This document shows, one piece after another, positions 61,603-64,000 of a stretch of DNA of 64,000 nucleotides; position 1 is the first letter of the stretch; each line of letters opens with the position of its first letter. The stretch comes from a virus (lineage: Duplodnaviria; Caudoviricetes). The notes under the pieces are model-generated. The model was not told the origin of the DNA. It saw nothing but the letters and a program-made list of their open reading frames with translations, and made no database searches. The translations under genes and the position numbers were made by a program. The DNA lies in the IMG/VR virus record IMGVR_UViG_3300037067_011169, positions 1 through 64,000 of that record. One strand, given 5' to 3'.

Positions 61603-64000
61603 TTAGAGCCGCGCAGAACCTCGGCGCTTCTGACGCCGAATCGCGGACATGACTTCTCGGGCAACCAACTTCGGCTCCCCGGCACCGTTGACGATGATGT
61701 CACCGATGTTTGTGTTGTGCGTTACGTTATTGGGCTCGAATGCCGGTTGAATGCCCGCATTGATAGCTCGCAGTTCCGGCGCAAATCGCCTTGCGTTCTT
61801 TGCCTTGACGACGAACTCCTCAGCGCCCAACATTGCTGGAATACGATCTGTACCACGAGCCATGCCCCCGGCGTCGAAATACTGCATCTTCTTTGCAATG
61901 CCGCCGGCCGAGAAGCCTTGAACGGGTTGCGCCGTAGATGTTCCAACAGTGGACAATTCTCGCTTCAAGGCAGCAACTTTCTGTCTCGCTGCCTCTATGG
62001 CAGGAATGAACTGGACCTTGAACTCCGCAGCCGCTTGTTGAGCCGCCGATTGTCCAGCGGGGCCGAGATCACGGACCACCGTCACCAACTGCCCTTGATC
62101 GTGTATCGCTGCTTTCTGCGCTTCCGTGAATGTAATCAGGGCACGAGAGTTATCCGCCTTGTTGCCAGCTTTAGACACCTTAGAGATGGCTTGGTTGACC
62201 GATTCCTCGGACTGGGCCACGGCAACGACTCGTTGCTGAGTTTCAAGAAGCGCCGCGAGGGTACTCGACAACTCATTGAACTTGAGACTGGTATCCCTAA
62301 GCTCCTTGACATCCAGAGCCTTTGACGGCTGAAGCCCAAGTTCACTAGCCTTTGCCTCAAACTCATCGGCGAATTTGCGAAATAGACCTATGTACTCAAG
62401 AAGCGCATTCGACTCTCCTCGGAGCGCCAGTTGAGATTCGGCTACTGTCTTGGCGAGGACACTCTTGGCCTCTTCCGAAACCCCGGCGCGCGTACCGCCC
62501 AGGTCCTGTGTCAGCTTGTTGATCTGGAAGAACTGGTTACCAAGATCACCACGCATCTGAGGCAGATTGGAAATCTGTTCGATGGCCTCCACTAGCTGCT
62601 TTTTCTGCTCAATCAAAGCAAGCGTGATCGGCTCCAAACCCTTCTGGAGGCTGAATTGGGCCCCGCTGGAAATTTCCAGTTCCTTAATCGTGGCCTTCAG
62701 TTCAACCGCATGAGATTCCAATTCATTGAAAATACGATCAACGGCATCCTGATAGGCAAAAGTCAGATCAATCGGCTTACCAGTAAAGACATTGTCAAAC
62801 TGACCGCTAATCTGCCGTGCAAGTTCCTCAACGCCCAAGAACTCCGCAATACTGAGATCACCTTGCGACAAAACCGACTTCAATTGCTCTGTCAACGGGC
62901 CAATCGCCGCCTTGGCTTGTTCCCGAGTCTCAAAGCTGACATCACCCTTCTTACTGATGACCTCAAACTTCTCTATCTCCTTGATGAGAAGTTTGGCTTC
63001 TCGAAGCTGCTGGCGTCTGGACGCGATTTCTCTTTGAGCCGCTGCCGCCATTTCCTTGGCGACTTGGTTTTCTTGCTCTCTAAGAGATATGCGTTGCTGA
63101 AGAATCGCGTTGACTTCAGTTTCGGCGTTCTGAATAATGGAAAGCGCCGCTGCCTGCTCCTTGGAATTCTTTGCAGCCTTGAGTTGAGATTCACCGATCT
63201 CCAGGGCAGCCACTGCTCTTTGATCGGATGTCTTGAGTAACTCCTCAGCCGTTTTGAAATCGTCGCCGTTTGCGGCCACGCTGGCTCTACTAGACAAGAG
63301 TCTAGCACGGCGCAATTGAAGTTCCGCCTGCTCGACTTCTTTCAGTCTTCCAAGCTGACGATCGACATAGCGTTCCTCGTTTTGTAGACGAAGATTGGCT
63401 ATCTCGTCGTTATTTCGCTGGATTGTCTCATTGGACTTCTCGTAAGCCTGTTCCAGCTTATTGATGAGTTGGCTAATCAGAGAGAGTCGTTCAGTGAGTT
63501 GCCCCTTGAGCCCCGTCAATACATCCTGTTGAGCATCCAACGCATTGTCGCGGTCTTCCTCCCAGAGCTTCTGAAGATCAGCTACCAGACGCAGTTGTTG
63601 GCTGTAAGCCTTGTCAACCATCTTCGTTCGTTCATCGCGGATTTTCTTGGATGCAATGAGTGCTACGCGGACCTCCGCATCGTTCTTTTGCTCCTGAAAA
63701 TCATATTCCTCCTGAAGACCTTCCCGCAGTGACCTGGTAAAGTCATTGACGCCTTTCTCTGCCTCCTTCATCTTGTTCATCAGGGCGACAATGGCCGCCG
63801 TGGCACCAACAAGAAAGATGAAACCAGGAATCGTCATCATGGCCGAGGCTGTGACACGAGTAGCCACCCCCAGCGCGTACATAGCCGTCTTGGTCGTGTT
63901 GAGCGCCCAGGACATTGCTTGCCACGCCAATACTCCAGCCTTGATGATAGCAACCGTCTTGCCCCAGAACAGCAGGCTATCACGAAGCGCCTTGACCATA
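61603..64000 (-). CDS. tape measure protein, C-terminal part (5' end probably beyond window)
   Basis: long Ala/Glu/Lys helical ORF, TM-like segment, C-terminal GFSAGG...GTDRIPAML..EEFVV. Confidence 0.85.
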   Translation of the reverse strand, partial: MVKALRDSLLFWGKTVAIIKAGVLAWQAMSWALNTTKTAMYALGVATRVTASAMMTIPGFIFLVGATAAIVALMNKMKEAEKGVNDFTRSLREGLQEEYDFQEQKNDAEVRVALIASKKIRDERTKMVDKAYSQQLRLVADLQKLWEEDRDNALDAQQDVLTGLKGQLTERLSLISQLINKLEQAYEKSNETIQRNNDEIANLRLQNEERYVDRQLGRLKEVEQAELQLRRARLLSSRASVAANGDDFKTAEELLKTSDQRAVAALEIGESQLKAAKNSKEQAAALSIIQNAETEVNAILQQRISLREQENQVAKEMAAAAQREIASRRQQLREAKLLIKEIEKFEVISKKGDVSFETREQAKAAIGPLTEQLKSVLSQGDLSIAEFLGVEELARQISGQFDNVFTGKPIDLTFAYQDAVDRIFNELESHAVELKATIKELEISSGAQFSLQKGLEPITLALIEQKKQLVEAIEQISNLPQMRGDLGNQFFQINKLTQDLGGTRAGVSEEAKSVLAKTVAESQLALRGESNALLEYIGLFRKFADEFEAKASELGLQPSKALDVKELRDTSLKFNELSSTLAALLETQQRVVAVAQSEESVNQAISKVSKAGNKADNSRALITFTEAQKAAIHDQGQLVTVVRDLGPAGQSAAQQAAAEFKVQFIPAIEAARQKVAALKRELSTVGTSTAQPVQGFSAGGIAKKMQYFDAGGMARGTDRIPAMLGAEEFVVKAKNARRFAPELRAINAGIQPAFEPNNVTHNTNIGDIIVNGAGEPKLVAREVMSAIRRQKRRGSARL

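Overview
This 64-kb window is an internal slice of a larger temperate dsDNA phage genome. A long non-contractile tail is likely (tape-measure and tail-tip genes, no sheath seen). There are no host housekeeping genes and the attP-like site has phage DNA on both sides, so the genome appears unintegrated. A Planctomycetota host is my inference from the integrase type. Layout: (1) 1-2 kb, rightward sigma70-driven small RNAs and six tRNAs; (2) attP carrying the 5' half of tRNA-Ile(GAU), then a tyrosine integrase; (3) a ~43-kb leftward gene train (46858 down to 3735) with ParB-like proteins, SNF2 helicase, PolA, a sigma factor, DNA and RNA ligases, class II RNR and nucleotide enzymes, Ro60, and a YeeB-like helicase / tandem-repeat / methyltransferase-like module ending in xis; (4) a ~170-bp imperfect palindrome at the strand switch, then a rightward primase-helicase; (5) leftward tail genes. 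The standout is a Ro60 ribonucleoprotein locus with five Y-RNA-type elements sharing a GGGY-CGW / YTT-RCCC helix and a UUAUC motif. Two are ~63-nt minimal Y RNAs that resemble animal Y RNAs. Three have the Y module grafted into the anticodon arm of a tRNA with normal 5'/3' topology, i.e. an un-permuted version of YrlA. Ro60 is translationally coupled to a DEDDh exonuclease. All calls come from reading the sequence and recalled family motifs; no database search or folding software was run.
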